A stretch of 64,000 nucleotides of DNA from an uncultured bacterium (GCA_963801165.1 CAWDDT010000005.1:224001-288000); one strand, 5' to 3'; shown: positions 39,369-48,371, counted from the first letter of the stretch. Made by a program: numbers and translations. The notes: a model not told the origin generated them from the sequence alone.

Positions 39369-40108
39369 GCGTCCCGACGATCGCCGTCACCGCCCTCAGT
39401 TTCCATTACCCCGATGGGACGCCCGCGCTGAAGGATGTCGACCTGCACATCCACCCGGGGGAGACGGTTGCACTGCTCGGTCCCAACGGCGCCGGCAAGA
39501 CCACCCTCATCCTGCACCTCAATGGGATCCATATGCCACAGCACGGGACGGTTGCGGTCTCCGGTCTCGAACTCACCAGCGACAATGTGATGGAGATTCG
39601 CAGACGTGTCGGCGTGGTCTTCCAGGATCCCGACGACCAACTGTTCATGCCCACCGTGCGGTCCGACGTCGAGTTCGGTCCGCGCAACCTAGGGCTTCAG
39701 GGAGCGGAACTGGACGACCGGGTCGATGCCGCGCTGAACGCGATGGAGGTCGCCGACCTGGCCGATCGTCCCCCGAACCACCTCTCATTCGGCCAGAAAC
39801 GGCGGGTGGCGATAGCCGGGGTATTGGCGATGGAGCCCTCGATCATCATTCTCGACGAGCCGACGTCAAACCTCGACCCGGCCAGCCGGCGCGAGTTGGC
39901 CGAGGCACTCAAGGCGCTCGACACCACGCAGCTCATCGTTACCCACGACCTACCGTTTGCCTACGAGATGTGTGAGCGGGCCATTGTCATCGACCGCGGC
40001 GAGATCGTCGCCGAGGGATCAACCCCGGAGATCCTCGCCGACGACGCCTTGCTGAGACAGCACCGTCTGGAGCTGCCATACGGATTCTCGGTCCGCGCAG
40101 AGAGCTGA
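39365..40108 (+). CDS. nikO: ECF ATPase (NikO/CbiO)
   Basis: GPNGAGKT, FQDPDDQLFMPTV, LSFGQKRR, LDEP. Confidence 0.92.
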   Translation: MSVPTIAVTALSFHYPDGTPALKDVDLHIHPGETVALLGPNGAGKTTLILHLNGIHMPQHGTVAVSGLELTSDNVMEIRRRVGVVFQDPDDQLFMPTVRSDVEFGPRNLGLQGAELDDRVDAALNAMEVADLADRPPNHLSFGQKRRVAIAGVLAMEPSIIILDEPTSNLDPASRRELAEALKALDTTQLIVTHDLPFAYEMCERAIVIDRGEIVAEGSTPEILADDALLRQHRLELPYGFSVRAES

Positions 40109-40135
40109 GCGTGGCGTTCCACTAGATTCGGGGCC

Positions 40136-41092
40136 ATGTCTACCGGTGGCTCGTCCCGTGTCGTGATTGCCGCGTTCCTGGCGAACCTGGGTATCGCCAT
40201 CGCCAAGTTCATCGGGTTCATCTTCACCCGCTCCTCGTCGATGCTGGCCGAGTCAATCCACTCGGTCGCCGACACCGGGAATCAGGTACTGCTCCTGATC
40301 GGTGCCCGGCTCTCGAAGCGGCAGCCGGACGAGGAGTTCCAATTCGGATTTGCCAGGGAAAGCTACTTCTGGTCTTTCGTCGTTGCCATGATCTTGTTCT
40401 CGCTCGGCTCGCTGTTCGCTCTCTACGAGGGGATCGGGAAACTCAGGCATCCCCACGAGATAGACAACGTCGCCTGGGCGATCGTCATATTGATTTTGGG
40501 CGTAGTCCTCGAGGGGTCGTCGTTCCTGACAGCGGTGCGAACCTCGCAGCCGCTCAAGGGTGATCGCAGCTGGTGGCGGTTCATCCGCTCCTCACGTATT
40601 GCGGAGTTGACGGTGGTCCTGCTCGAGGATTTCGGCGCCTTGATCGGCCTCGGAATCGCGCTCACCGCGGTGACCGTGAGCACCGTAACCGGCGACCCGG
40701 TGTGGGACGCGATCGGCACCATCTGCATCGGTGTGTTGCTGGGCGCCATCGCCACGCTGCTTGCCGTCGAGATGCGGGGACTCCTGATCGGGGAGTCGGC
40801 TCAGCCGGGCGACTACGACAAGATCCGCACGGCCATGCTCGGGGCGCCTGACGTTGTAGACGTCATCCACCTCCGTACCCAGCATTTCGGGCCGGAACAG
40901 CTGCTGGTCGGCGCCAAGATCGCCTTCTCCCGCGACCTGTCGGTTCTCCAACTCGCCAACGCCATCAACGAGGTCGAGCGGCTGGTCCGGGAGGTGGTCC
41001 CGATCGCCCGTCCCATGTACATCGAGCCCGACATCATTCGTGACGTGGAGCCACAGCCCGGCGACTCCGGGGACTCGAACCCGGTATCTTGA
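40136..41092 (+). CDS. Cation diffusion facilitator transporter
   Basis: SMLAESIHSVADTGNQ, VLLEDFGA, WDAIG, HLRTQHFGP. Confidence 0.9.
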   Translation: MSTGGSSRVVIAAFLANLGIAIAKFIGFIFTRSSSMLAESIHSVADTGNQVLLLIGARLSKRQPDEEFQFGFARESYFWSFVVAMILFSLGSLFALYEGIGKLRHPHEIDNVAWAIVILILGVVLEGSSFLTAVRTSQPLKGDRSWWRFIRSSRIAELTVVLLEDFGALIGLGIALTAVTVSTVTGDPVWDAIGTICIGVLLGAIATLLAVEMRGLLIGESAQPGDYDKIRTAMLGAPDVVDVIHLRTQHFGPEQLLVGAKIAFSRDLSVLQLANAINEVERLVREVVPIARPMYIEPDIIRDVEPQPGDSGDSNPVS

Positions 41093-41097
41093 GGGCG

Positions 41098-42249
41098 ATG
41101 CGATTCCGAACCAAACAGATCCACGCCGGGGTGACACCCGATCCGACGACCGGTGCGATCCTGACCCCGATCCACCAGTCGACCACCTTCGTGCAGCCGT
41201 CCGTCGATGAGTACATGGCCACCGGGTACTCGTATTCGCGGTCGGGCAACCCGACCGTGCGGGCCTTGGAGATGAAGGTTGCCGCCCTGGAAGACGGCGC
41301 CGATGCAGCAGCCTTCGCCACCGGGATGGCTGCCACCAACGCAGTGATGCTGGCGATGCTCAACGCCGGCGACCATGTGATCTTCTCCGACGTCGTCTAC
41401 GGCGGTACCTACCGGCTGGCCACCCAGGTGTATCGCCGATTCGGCGTCGAATGCGAGTTCGTCGACACCTCGCATGCGGAGAACGTGGCCGCCGCTCTCC
41501 GGGACAACACCCGGCTGGTGTTCACCGAGACGCCGGCAAACCCGACGCTGAAGCTGACCGACATCGCCGCCGTCTCGGAGATCACGTCGGCCCGCGGCAT
41601 CCCCCACTGTGTCGACAACACCTTCCTCACCCCCTACTACCAGCGACCCTTTGAGCTGGGAGCCGACCTCATCGTCCACTCGACGACGAAGTACTTCGAC
41701 GGCCACAACGCGACCGTCGGCGGCGCCGTCGTGTCGAGGAACGACGAGTTCCAGGAAAAGATCAAGTTCATCCAGAACGCCACGGGGACCACCATGTCGC
41801 CGCAGATCGCCTGGCTGACCCTGCAGGGAACCAAGACCCTGTCGGAGCGGCTCGATCGGCAATCTGATAACGCCATGCAGGTCGCCCGGTTCCTCGAGAG
41901 CCACCCCAAGGTCGTCGAGGTCGCCTACCCGGGGCTGGAGTCGTTCCCGCAGCACGACCTCGCGAAACGGCAGGCATCCGGCTTCGGGGCGATGGCGTGG
42001 TTCGAGGTCGAGGGCGGGGTCGAAGCCGGGAAGAAGCTGATGGGTCTCGTGCAGTTGTGGACGCTGGCAGAGAACCTCGGCTCGGTGGAGTCGCTGATCA
42101 CACACCCCGTGACCATGACCCACGCCGCGATCTCGCGTGAGGAGCGGCTCAAGGTGGGCATAACCGACGGTCTGGTACGGATCTCGGTAGGGATGGAAGA
42201 CGTCGAGGACCTGATCGAGGACCTCGCCCAGGCGCTCGATCGGGTATGA
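41098..42249 (+). CDS. Cys/Met metabolism PLP enzyme (cystathionine gamma-synthase/lyase)
   Basis: YSRSGNPT, ETPANP, VDNTF, HSTTKYFDGH, AENLGSVESL. Confidence 0.93.
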   Translation: MRFRTKQIHAGVTPDPTTGAILTPIHQSTTFVQPSVDEYMATGYSYSRSGNPTVRALEMKVAALEDGADAAAFATGMAATNAVMLAMLNAGDHVIFSDVVYGGTYRLATQVYRRFGVECEFVDTSHAENVAAALRDNTRLVFTETPANPTLKLTDIAAVSEITSARGIPHCVDNTFLTPYYQRPFELGADLIVHSTTKYFDGHNATVGGAVVSRNDEFQEKIKFIQNATGTTMSPQIAWLTLQGTKTLSERLDRQSDNAMQVARFLESHPKVVEVAYPGLESFPQHDLAKRQASGFGAMAWFEVEGGVEAGKKLMGLVQLWTLAENLGSVESLITHPVTMTHAAISREERLKVGITDGLVRISVGMEDVEDLIEDLAQALDRV

Positions 42250-42734
42250 GCGACCCGGTGCTCACCACGATCGACGGCCTCGGCGTCGACTACGAGGTCA
42301 TCCCGTGCGACCCTCAGCTCGCAGATACCGCCCAGTTCTGCGAGGCGTACGGGTACTCGCCCGAGGACTCGGCGAACACGATCGTGGTGGTCGGCAAGGC
42401 CGACCCGAGGGTCTACGTTGCCTGCGTCGTGCTGGCCAGCACCAAGCTCGATGTGAACGGCACCGTGAAAAAGAAGCTCGGCATCCGACGTACCTCTTTC
42501 GCATCGGGTGATGAGACCGTCGCCGTCACCGGGATGACCATCGGCGGGGTCACCCCTTTCGGTCTCCCCAAAGACCTCCCCATCTGGATCGACGAACGGG
42601 TGATGGCCCGGGAGACGATCATCCTCGGCGGTGGCTCGAGGGACCGCAAGATCTCCGCCCCACCGGCAATCCTGACCGCCCTGCCCGCCGCCGAGGTGGT
42701 CACAGAGCTCGCCAAGGAATTCGAGCCGAGGTAG
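42246..42734 (+). CDS. YbaK/ProX (EbsC) aminoacyl-tRNA deacylase family protein
   Basis: TGMTIGGVTPFG, ILGGGSR. Confidence 0.85.
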   Translation: MSDPVLTTIDGLGVDYEVIPCDPQLADTAQFCEAYGYSPEDSANTIVVVGKADPRVYVACVVLASTKLDVNGTVKKKLGIRRTSFASGDETVAVTGMTIGGVTPFGLPKDLPIWIDERVMARETIILGGGSRDRKISAPPAILTALPAAEVVTELAKEFEPR

Positions 42735-42740
42735 CGAGCG

Positions 42741-42932
42741 ATGAAGACCATCCCCAACGAGCTCACCGCCGCGCTTGCAGCCAACCCCGAGGCGCAGCGC
42801 ATCTTCCTGGGCATGTCCCCGTCACATCAGCGCCAGTACGCGATGCACGTCGCCGAAGCAAAACGCCCGGAGACGCGGAGACGCCGGGCGGCACAGATGA
42901 TCCGCCTGATCCTCACCAAGGGCGACACGTAG
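42741..42932 (+). CDS. YdeI/OmpD-associated (OmdA-like) small protein
   Basis: IPNELTAAL..NPEA..F..MSPSHQRQY..HVAEAKRPETRRRR. GAGG SD. Confidence 0.8.
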   Translation: MKTIPNELTAALAANPEAQRIFLGMSPSHQRQYAMHVAEAKRPETRRRRAAQMIRLILTKGDT

Positions 42933-42961
42933 AGAGCTACGGCCGATACGTCAAAGGCGAC

Positions 42962-43125
42962 CACCGCTCGTCCTTCCCCCCTCGTCCGGCCCAAGAGGGC
43001 CGCCCGATCCCCCCGAAATGGGGGGATCACTACTTGCTTCCAGCTCACAGCGCACCGCTCGTCCTTCCCCCCTCGTCCGGGCTACGCCCGGCCGATCCCC
43101 CCGAAATGGGGGGATAGCTACTTGC
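42962..43125. repeat. Two direct copies of a REP-like double-hairpin element
   Basis: CACCGCTCGTCCTTCCCCCCTCGTCCG-[hairpin]-CCGATCCCCCC-GAAAT-GGGGGGAT..CTACTTGC at 42962-43037 and 43053-43125. Confidence 0.88.
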
Positions 43126-43214
43126 CCCCAACAGCCGTTCTCGGGCCGCAAGAATTCAGACCGGTGTCATGTTGCCAACATCTCTGTATCAAGTGGGCCC
43201 TCTACCGTGTCTCT

Positions 43215-43430
43215 TGTTAGGGGGACAGGGCATGGGATCGGCCGCCAAGACCGGTCCCAACGCCCAAGAGCGCTCCGGTGCCGCAACGCCGGGGGCTCCA
43301 GGAGACGGGTGGGCGATACGCTCCTCGCCCGGCGGGTACCGCACGACCTGCCGGCATCGAGGATCGCCGACCCCGGGTGGTAGGGCCGGTGACAGCCTCA
43401 CGACGTGAGGAAGTCACCGGCCGCTCCGTT
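43215..43430 (+). ncRNA. Candidate multi-hairpin small RNA
   Basis: Five consecutive stems with G-U pairs that work only on the + strand, repeated (C/A)CGC loops, an upstream TACCGT -10 element and a long terminal hairpin. Confidence 0.45.
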
Positions 43431-44516
43431 TCACACGTGGGTGATCGCCTGAACGTCACGCAGGGTCCGCCCATGGAACGCCGCGTACCGGGTGGCGACC
43501 TGCCGCAGCTCCCGGGTCTCGGCCACGGCGAGCGATCTGAGAAGATGTGCCTCGATGTCGATCTCGGAGCCGCCACGGCGCACTCGCCAACGACCGGCAA
43601 CCTCACCGTCGACGAGGATCATCCCCAACGGGAGGCCGCGGACATAACCGAGGGTCGATTCCCGACCCGTGGGATCGGAAATGTCCCGCGACTCCTGATA
43701 TCCCACGAGGTACTCGTCGTAGATCTCGACCAGATTCACGCGTGGCGAACGCATCGGTTGCGACGGGATCGGCTCGCCTGCCCAGTACGTCCGCCCGTCG
43801 TTTTCGATCTGGTGGAGCTGATCGCTCATCATGGCGATGCCCCGTCTGATGTCGGTGACCTTCAAGCCAGACCACCAGCGGAAGTCGTTGACTGTCGCCG
43901 GGCCGTGGCCGGTGAAGTAGCGCAGCGTCAGCTCGGCGAGTGCCTCGTCGGGGTCCGGTTGCGGTTGGGCCGGAAGGCGCTCGTCGAGGAGGGCGTATGT
44001 GGGCTGCTTGGCGCCAACGCCGCTGCACACGAGACCGGTCAATTCGGCGTGCATGACGATGTGAGCCAGCCGCAGACTGTCGGTGTCGATGCCGACGTTG
44101 GCGAGCTCCTCACCGATGGCGGCTCGGGAGAGCGATCGGCCCTGAAGTACGGTCGCGATTACGCGGTGACAACGCTCGAGTTCGTCGTTGTCGAGGTTGA
44201 CGTTGCGCATCTGCGACCCGGCCTGGATGAGAACCCTGGGCCCGGTGAGGGCAAGCCACGATCGCAGGTCTTCCGCGGCGACATAGTGCCAGGTGGGTCG
44301 GAGAACGTGGGTTCGGACCACAAGACCTCTGTCGAGCGACGCGGCGATATCGGTTGCGGTGGCGTCGGCGATGCGCTGCGCCATCGCCCAGGTCGCTGGC
44401 CCGATGTTCTGCGACTGGACCGCACCAAACCACGAGACTGCGTCATGGAAATCGGCGAATCGGGGGGCATCGAGACCGTGGACCGCCATTCGCAAGGCAG
44501 CGGGTTGAGGTTGCAT
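43431..44516 (-). CDS. HTH_42 winged-helix DNA glycosylase (AlkZ-like)
   Basis: AVQSQ (QxQ motif), RTHVLRPTWH, RYFTGHGPATVNDFRWWSGL, YDEYLVGY. Confidence 0.85.
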   Translation of the reverse strand: MQPQPAALRMAVHGLDAPRFADFHDAVSWFGAVQSQNIGPATWAMAQRIADATATDIAASLDRGLVVRTHVLRPTWHYVAAEDLRSWLALTGPRVLIQAGSQMRNVNLDNDELERCHRVIATVLQGRSLSRAAIGEELANVGIDTDSLRLAHIVMHAELTGLVCSGVGAKQPTYALLDERLPAQPQPDPDEALAELTLRYFTGHGPATVNDFRWWSGLKVTDIRRGIAMMSDQLHQIENDGRTYWAGEPIPSQPMRSPRVNLVEIYDEYLVGYQESRDISDPTGRESTLGYVRGLPLGMILVDGEVAGRWRVRRGGSEIDIEAHLLRSLAVAETRELRQVATRYAAFHGRTLRDVQAITHV

Positions 44517-44604
44517 CGTCGCACACTACCGGGAGGGTATGACGCGGTTCGGCCGGTGGTCCCACCAACCGTGAGGGACCACCGGCCGCGCCGTTTCCGT
44601 ACCA

Positions 44605-45369
44605 TCACATCGGTCCTTGAATCCTTCCGCGAGTGAGCGAGAGAACACTCAGCGACGTACGGGCCGCCAACTCGACGACGCTGGCTGCCAGCTTCGTCTC
44701 TTGGGTGGGTTGAGTTGGCTCGGTTGCGACGGGCGCCGGCCCGCCGGTCTCCGCTGCTCCGCTCGCCACCTCGGGGCCAGCCGGGGAAGCGTAGGGAACG
44801 GGATCATGGGCTACTGCCGGAGGCGTGGTTGGTGCGCCGGCCAGCCACCTCGAGACAAGTGCGGTCGTCTCCTCGGTGACGGGGATGCCACCTTCACCTG
44901 CGCCATGGATGGTGACGGCCATGGCTTCGGCGAAGTGTTCCGCCGGTGTTGCCGACCAGCCGGTTGCGTAGTCGAACCAATCACGGTCCTCTGGCAGATC
45001 TTGGGCGGCGTAGAAAGCTGTGGTGAAGTCCCCGTCGGCAAAGGCGCCGCATGCGAGGAAGGTGTGGTGGCTGAGCTCATGGACCACGATCGCAGCCATA
45101 CCCGACGTTGTATCGGTTGGGTCAATGACCACCTGACCGGTCTTGGTGCGATACTCGCCGCGGCGACCGTCGAGCTGCTCATACGTGATGGTCACCGACG
45201 AGGAACAGGTCTGGCGGACACCAAGGGAATCGAACCACTCGTCGTACGCCGTCGCGACGATCGATGTGACCTCTGTGGGGACTGCTGGAGAATCAGCAGA
45301 AGCGGCGGCTGGGGCTACGACGAGACTCGAGATCATCCCTAGCACCAGCAACGTCATCCATGACCGCAT
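44605..45369 (-). CDS. Secreted HExxH metallopeptidase-like protein
   Basis: Signal peptide ending AASA, VVHELSHH, downstream EHFAEA, Pro/Ala-rich tail. GAGGTG SD. Confidence 0.7.
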   Translation of the reverse strand: MRSWMTLLVLGMISSLVVAPAAASADSPAVPTEVTSIVATAYDEWFDSLGVRQTCSSSVTITYEQLDGRRGEYRTKTGQVVIDPTDTTSGMAAIVVHELSHHTFLACGAFADGDFTTAFYAAQDLPEDRDWFDYATGWSATPAEHFAEAMAVTIHGAGEGGIPVTEETTALVSRWLAGAPTTPPAVAHDPVPYASPAGPEVASGAAETGGPAPVATEPTQPTQETKLAASVVELAARTSLSVLSLTRGRIQGPM

Positions 45370-45501
45370 ATCACCTCGCCTTCCGTGGCTATGGGTGGCA
45401 TGTCGGCAGCGGTGGACTATGGATAAGTAGTTACATCGAGGTTTTCTTCATTAGTTACCCACAACGGCTTAATCGAGCTGGGCGCCTGCCGGACGTGACC
45501 G

Positions 45502-45708
45502 CTATGCGGTCAGCTCGATGGAGACGATATCGGTACGCGGTATGGACTCGGTACCGAAACGGTTGCGTAGGAGGAGCGCATGCTCGCCGTGCACGGCCTC
45601 CATCCCCAGGTACTCGCCAAGCGTGACACCGGTCGCCGTGGTCACACGGTAGACACCGCCACGGCGGAGGTGGTTAATAGGCATGTCATTCATTTCCAGT
45701 GCCGACAT
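45502..45708 (-). CDS. 68-aa hypothetical protein, possibly Sm/SH3-like barrel
   Basis: AAAGGA SD. Beta-rich pattern VYRVTT..G.TLGEYLG...LLL...IPRTDIVSI. Confidence 0.6.
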   Translation of the reverse strand: MSALEMNDMPINHLRRGGVYRVTTATGVTLGEYLGMEAVHGEHALLLRNRFGTESIPRTDIVSIELTA

Positions 45709-45930
45709 GTGGCGTCCTTTCTCCATTCGTCCCCGGAGTGCGAGGTGGGCACTACCGGTGCCGGGGCGAGCACGATGATGAATTGGCGTTTCGCCTCGGT
45801 GCGTCACCGTATCATCCATTCGGCAAAATGGGACGGGAATTTGAGCGGTATCGGCGGGTCACCCGGCTTCCCCTGCTCGCATGGGTAGAACGATCGATGA
45901 GTACGGCTGAACGCTGAAGAGATGTCGTCC

Positions 45931-48168
45931 CTAGAGGCCACGCAGACCGGGACGGCCCATGATCTTGGCCAGCGGCAACAGCGACAACCACGACTGGCTC
46001 TTGGGTCGCTGCGCATCATCCTCGATCAGGTCGGGGAACATGTCGAGCGGGGTGAACCGGATGTGGCCGTGTTGCAGGCCCATGAAGGCACTCTGGGGCT
46101 GGTCGCTCATCGCCTGCTCGATCAGGTAGTCGAGCGACTTGGATGCGAAACGGGTTGCCTGGATCCGGTCGAATGGGGACGGGTCACCGCCTTGCTGGAC
46201 GTGACCCAGGATGGCTTGACGGACGCTGAACAGCCCTTCGCTCTCTCGCTCGAAGAGGGCCTTGATGAAGCCACTGTCGTACACCGGATCGGCGCCCTCG
46301 CTGGTGATCACGAGCCCGAGCCGCTTGCCGTTCTTGAAGCCCTCTTTCAGGTTGCTCACATCCGACTCGAGGTCGTGCAGTGAGATCCCCTCCTCCGGCA
46401 AGTAGGTGCGCTCGGCACCAGTCGCCAGGCCGCTCATGAGAGCCAGATAGCCACAGTCGCGACCCATCACCTCGACGATGAAGCACCGGCCGGAAGCGAC
46501 GGCCGACTGCTTGATCTTGTCCACATCGGCAACGATGTTGTTGAGTGCTGTGTCCGCGCCGATCGCAACCTCGGAACCGGGTAGGTCGTTGTTGATGGCA
46601 GCCGGCAGGCAGACGATGGGGAGCCCGAGGGCGGGATGCTCGCCGGCATGTGTCCGCAACTGGTGAGCGACGACGTATCCGGCCCAGCCGCCGATGAGCA
46701 GCAGACCGTCGATCTGATACTTCTCGATGTTGGCGGCGATGTGCGCCAGCTGCTCACCACGCGGCTGGTGCCGGCTGATCCCCAGCTCGGCGCCGCCTCG
46801 CGATGCCCAGCCGTTGACACTCATCCAATCCATCTCTTCGATCTGCCCGGCCTCGAACCCGCGGAACCCGTTGCGGATGCCGTACATCATGTGGCCCTTG
46901 TCGATGCCGACCCGGACTGCCACCCGCACCGCCGGGTTCATTCCGGGTGCGGGACCGCCGGCGTGGATGATGCCGAGCCTGAGCCGCCGCTGTTCGGGGT
47001 CGGGTGCGTGCGGCTTGGCACGCACCATGGTCTTGATCATCTGGAACGAGTCGCGGAAGCTCCCACCCCTCATATCCATGGCGGTCCCATAGTCGCGCTC
47101 GGCGATCCGGTCCGCGACGGCCCGGGTCTGCTGGACGCATTCCATCAACGGGGAGCTGATGATCTGGTGCTCCCTCAGCCCGATGAGCTGCGCCTCGCCG
47201 CCGGGAGCCGTCACCACCTGTTCCACCGCGGCGTATCCGAGCACGGTGCTCAGGTAGCGGTCGAAGGCGCTGGGGGCGCCACCGCGTTGCACGTGGCCGA
47301 GACTGGTGACCCGGGTGTCCTCGCCGAGACGCTCCGACAGGACGTCCTTGACGTATTGGGCGGTGATCGGGTTGCCGTACTTGTCCTGGGCACCCTCGGC
47401 AACGATCACGATGTTGAGCCGGCGCCCGACCTCCCTGCCGGCGCGGAGGGCACCCATCATCGACTCTTCCCATTCGTCCTGCTCGGGCGGGCTCTCGGGG
47501 ATGAGCACCCAGTTGGCGCCGGCGGCGACCGCACTCATCAGTGCCAGATAGCCGCAGTTGCGACCCATCACCTCGATGACGAACGCACGTTGGTGGCTCG
47601 ATGCGGTGCTGTGAATGGCGTCGATCGCATCGGCTATCCGGTGCAGGGCGCTGTCGGCGCCGATGGTCATGTCTGTGCCGAACATGTCGTTGTCGATCGA
47701 CCCGACCATCCCGACCAGAGTGAGCCGTTGATGCGCCTCTGCCATCTCGGGCGTGATCTCCCCGGAGGAAGCCAGATCATCGATATGACCCCGCCATTCC
47801 TCCTTGAACAGGTTGGCACCGGTCAAGCTGCCATCGCCACCGATGACCACCAGGGCGTCGACGCCGAGCTCGACCAGGTTGCGGGCGGCGCGGCGGCGAC
47901 CTTCGGGAGACCGGAATTCCACCGAGCGGGCGGTGCCGAGCACCGTGCCGCCCTGGTGCAGGATGCCACCCACCGACTCCGAGGTCGCCCTCTTGATCTT
48001 GTTGCCGCCCTCTACGAGACCCTGGAAGCCCTCGTAGACGCTGTAAACGGCCAGGTCGGCGTCGAGCCCTGCCCGGACCACCGCCCTGACGGCGGCGTTC
48101 ATCCCGGCCGCGTCCCCGCCGCTGGTGAGCACCGCCAGACTGGTCGGGCGATGTGACATTTTCAGCAT
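45931..48168 (-). CDS. pfkA: ATP-dependent 6-phosphofructokinase, tandem two-domain (eukaryotic-type)
   Basis: N half: TSGGDAAGMN, GGDGSLTGA, GSIDND, EVMGR, LGHVQRGG. C half: AGGPAPGMN, GGWAG, AAINND, LGHVQQGG. Confidence 0.95.
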   Translation of the reverse strand: MLKMSHRPTSLAVLTSGGDAAGMNAAVRAVVRAGLDADLAVYSVYEGFQGLVEGGNKIKRATSESVGGILHQGGTVLGTARSVEFRSPEGRRRAARNLVELGVDALVVIGGDGSLTGANLFKEEWRGHIDDLASSGEITPEMAEAHQRLTLVGMVGSIDNDMFGTDMTIGADSALHRIADAIDAIHSTASSHQRAFVIEVMGRNCGYLALMSAVAAGANWVLIPESPPEQDEWEESMMGALRAGREVGRRLNIVIVAEGAQDKYGNPITAQYVKDVLSERLGEDTRVTSLGHVQRGGAPSAFDRYLSTVLGYAAVEQVVTAPGGEAQLIGLREHQIISSPLMECVQQTRAVADRIAERDYGTAMDMRGGSFRDSFQMIKTMVRAKPHAPDPEQRRLRLGIIHAGGPAPGMNPAVRVAVRVGIDKGHMMYGIRNGFRGFEAGQIEEMDWMSVNGWASRGGAELGISRHQPRGEQLAHIAANIEKYQIDGLLLIGGWAGYVVAHQLRTHAGEHPALGLPIVCLPAAINNDLPGSEVAIGADTALNNIVADVDKIKQSAVASGRCFIVEVMGRDCGYLALMSGLATGAERTYLPEEGISLHDLESDVSNLKEGFKNGKRLGLVITSEGADPVYDSGFIKALFERESEGLFSVRQAILGHVQQGGDPSPFDRIQATRFASKSLDYLIEQAMSDQPQSAFMGLQHGHIRFTPLDMFPDLIEDDAQRPKSQSWLSLLPLAKIMGRPGLRGL

Positions 48169-48222
48169 TTCAATCTCCTGGTGGAGGGAGACAAGTATCC
48201 CGCGAAACCCTATCCCATGCGA

Positions 48223-48278
48223 TGTCGTGTAATGAGTGTCGTGTAAGGAGTGTCATGTAATGAGTGTCGTGTAAGGAG
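48223..48278. repeat. Four tandem 14-bp repeats TGTCRTGTAAKGAG
   Basis: Units at 48223, 48237, 48251 and 48265 alternate AATGAG/AAGGAG. Confidence 0.92.
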
Positions 48279-48332
48279 TTCTTGTCAATCGTCGGCCGTT
48301 GTGCCGGATTGCGCAAACCTTTCTCGAGAAAG

Positions 48333-48371
48333 GGTCTTTACCCATACGGGACTGTATGGTATGTTAAGACC
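48333..48371 (+). promoter_or_regulatory. tetR promoter with overlapping palindromic operator
   Basis: TTTACC-N17-TATGTT (with TG extension) 6 nt before the ATG. CCATAC-N6-GTATGG palindrome in the spacer, with outer GGTCTT/AAGACC arms. Confidence 0.7.

Noticed and set aside
43215-43430. 6C RNA, tRNA, SRP, RNase P or tmRNA identity for the hairpin cluster
   Set aside because: No six-C loops, no T-loop or CCA end, and none of the conserved cores of these RNAs could be found by eye.
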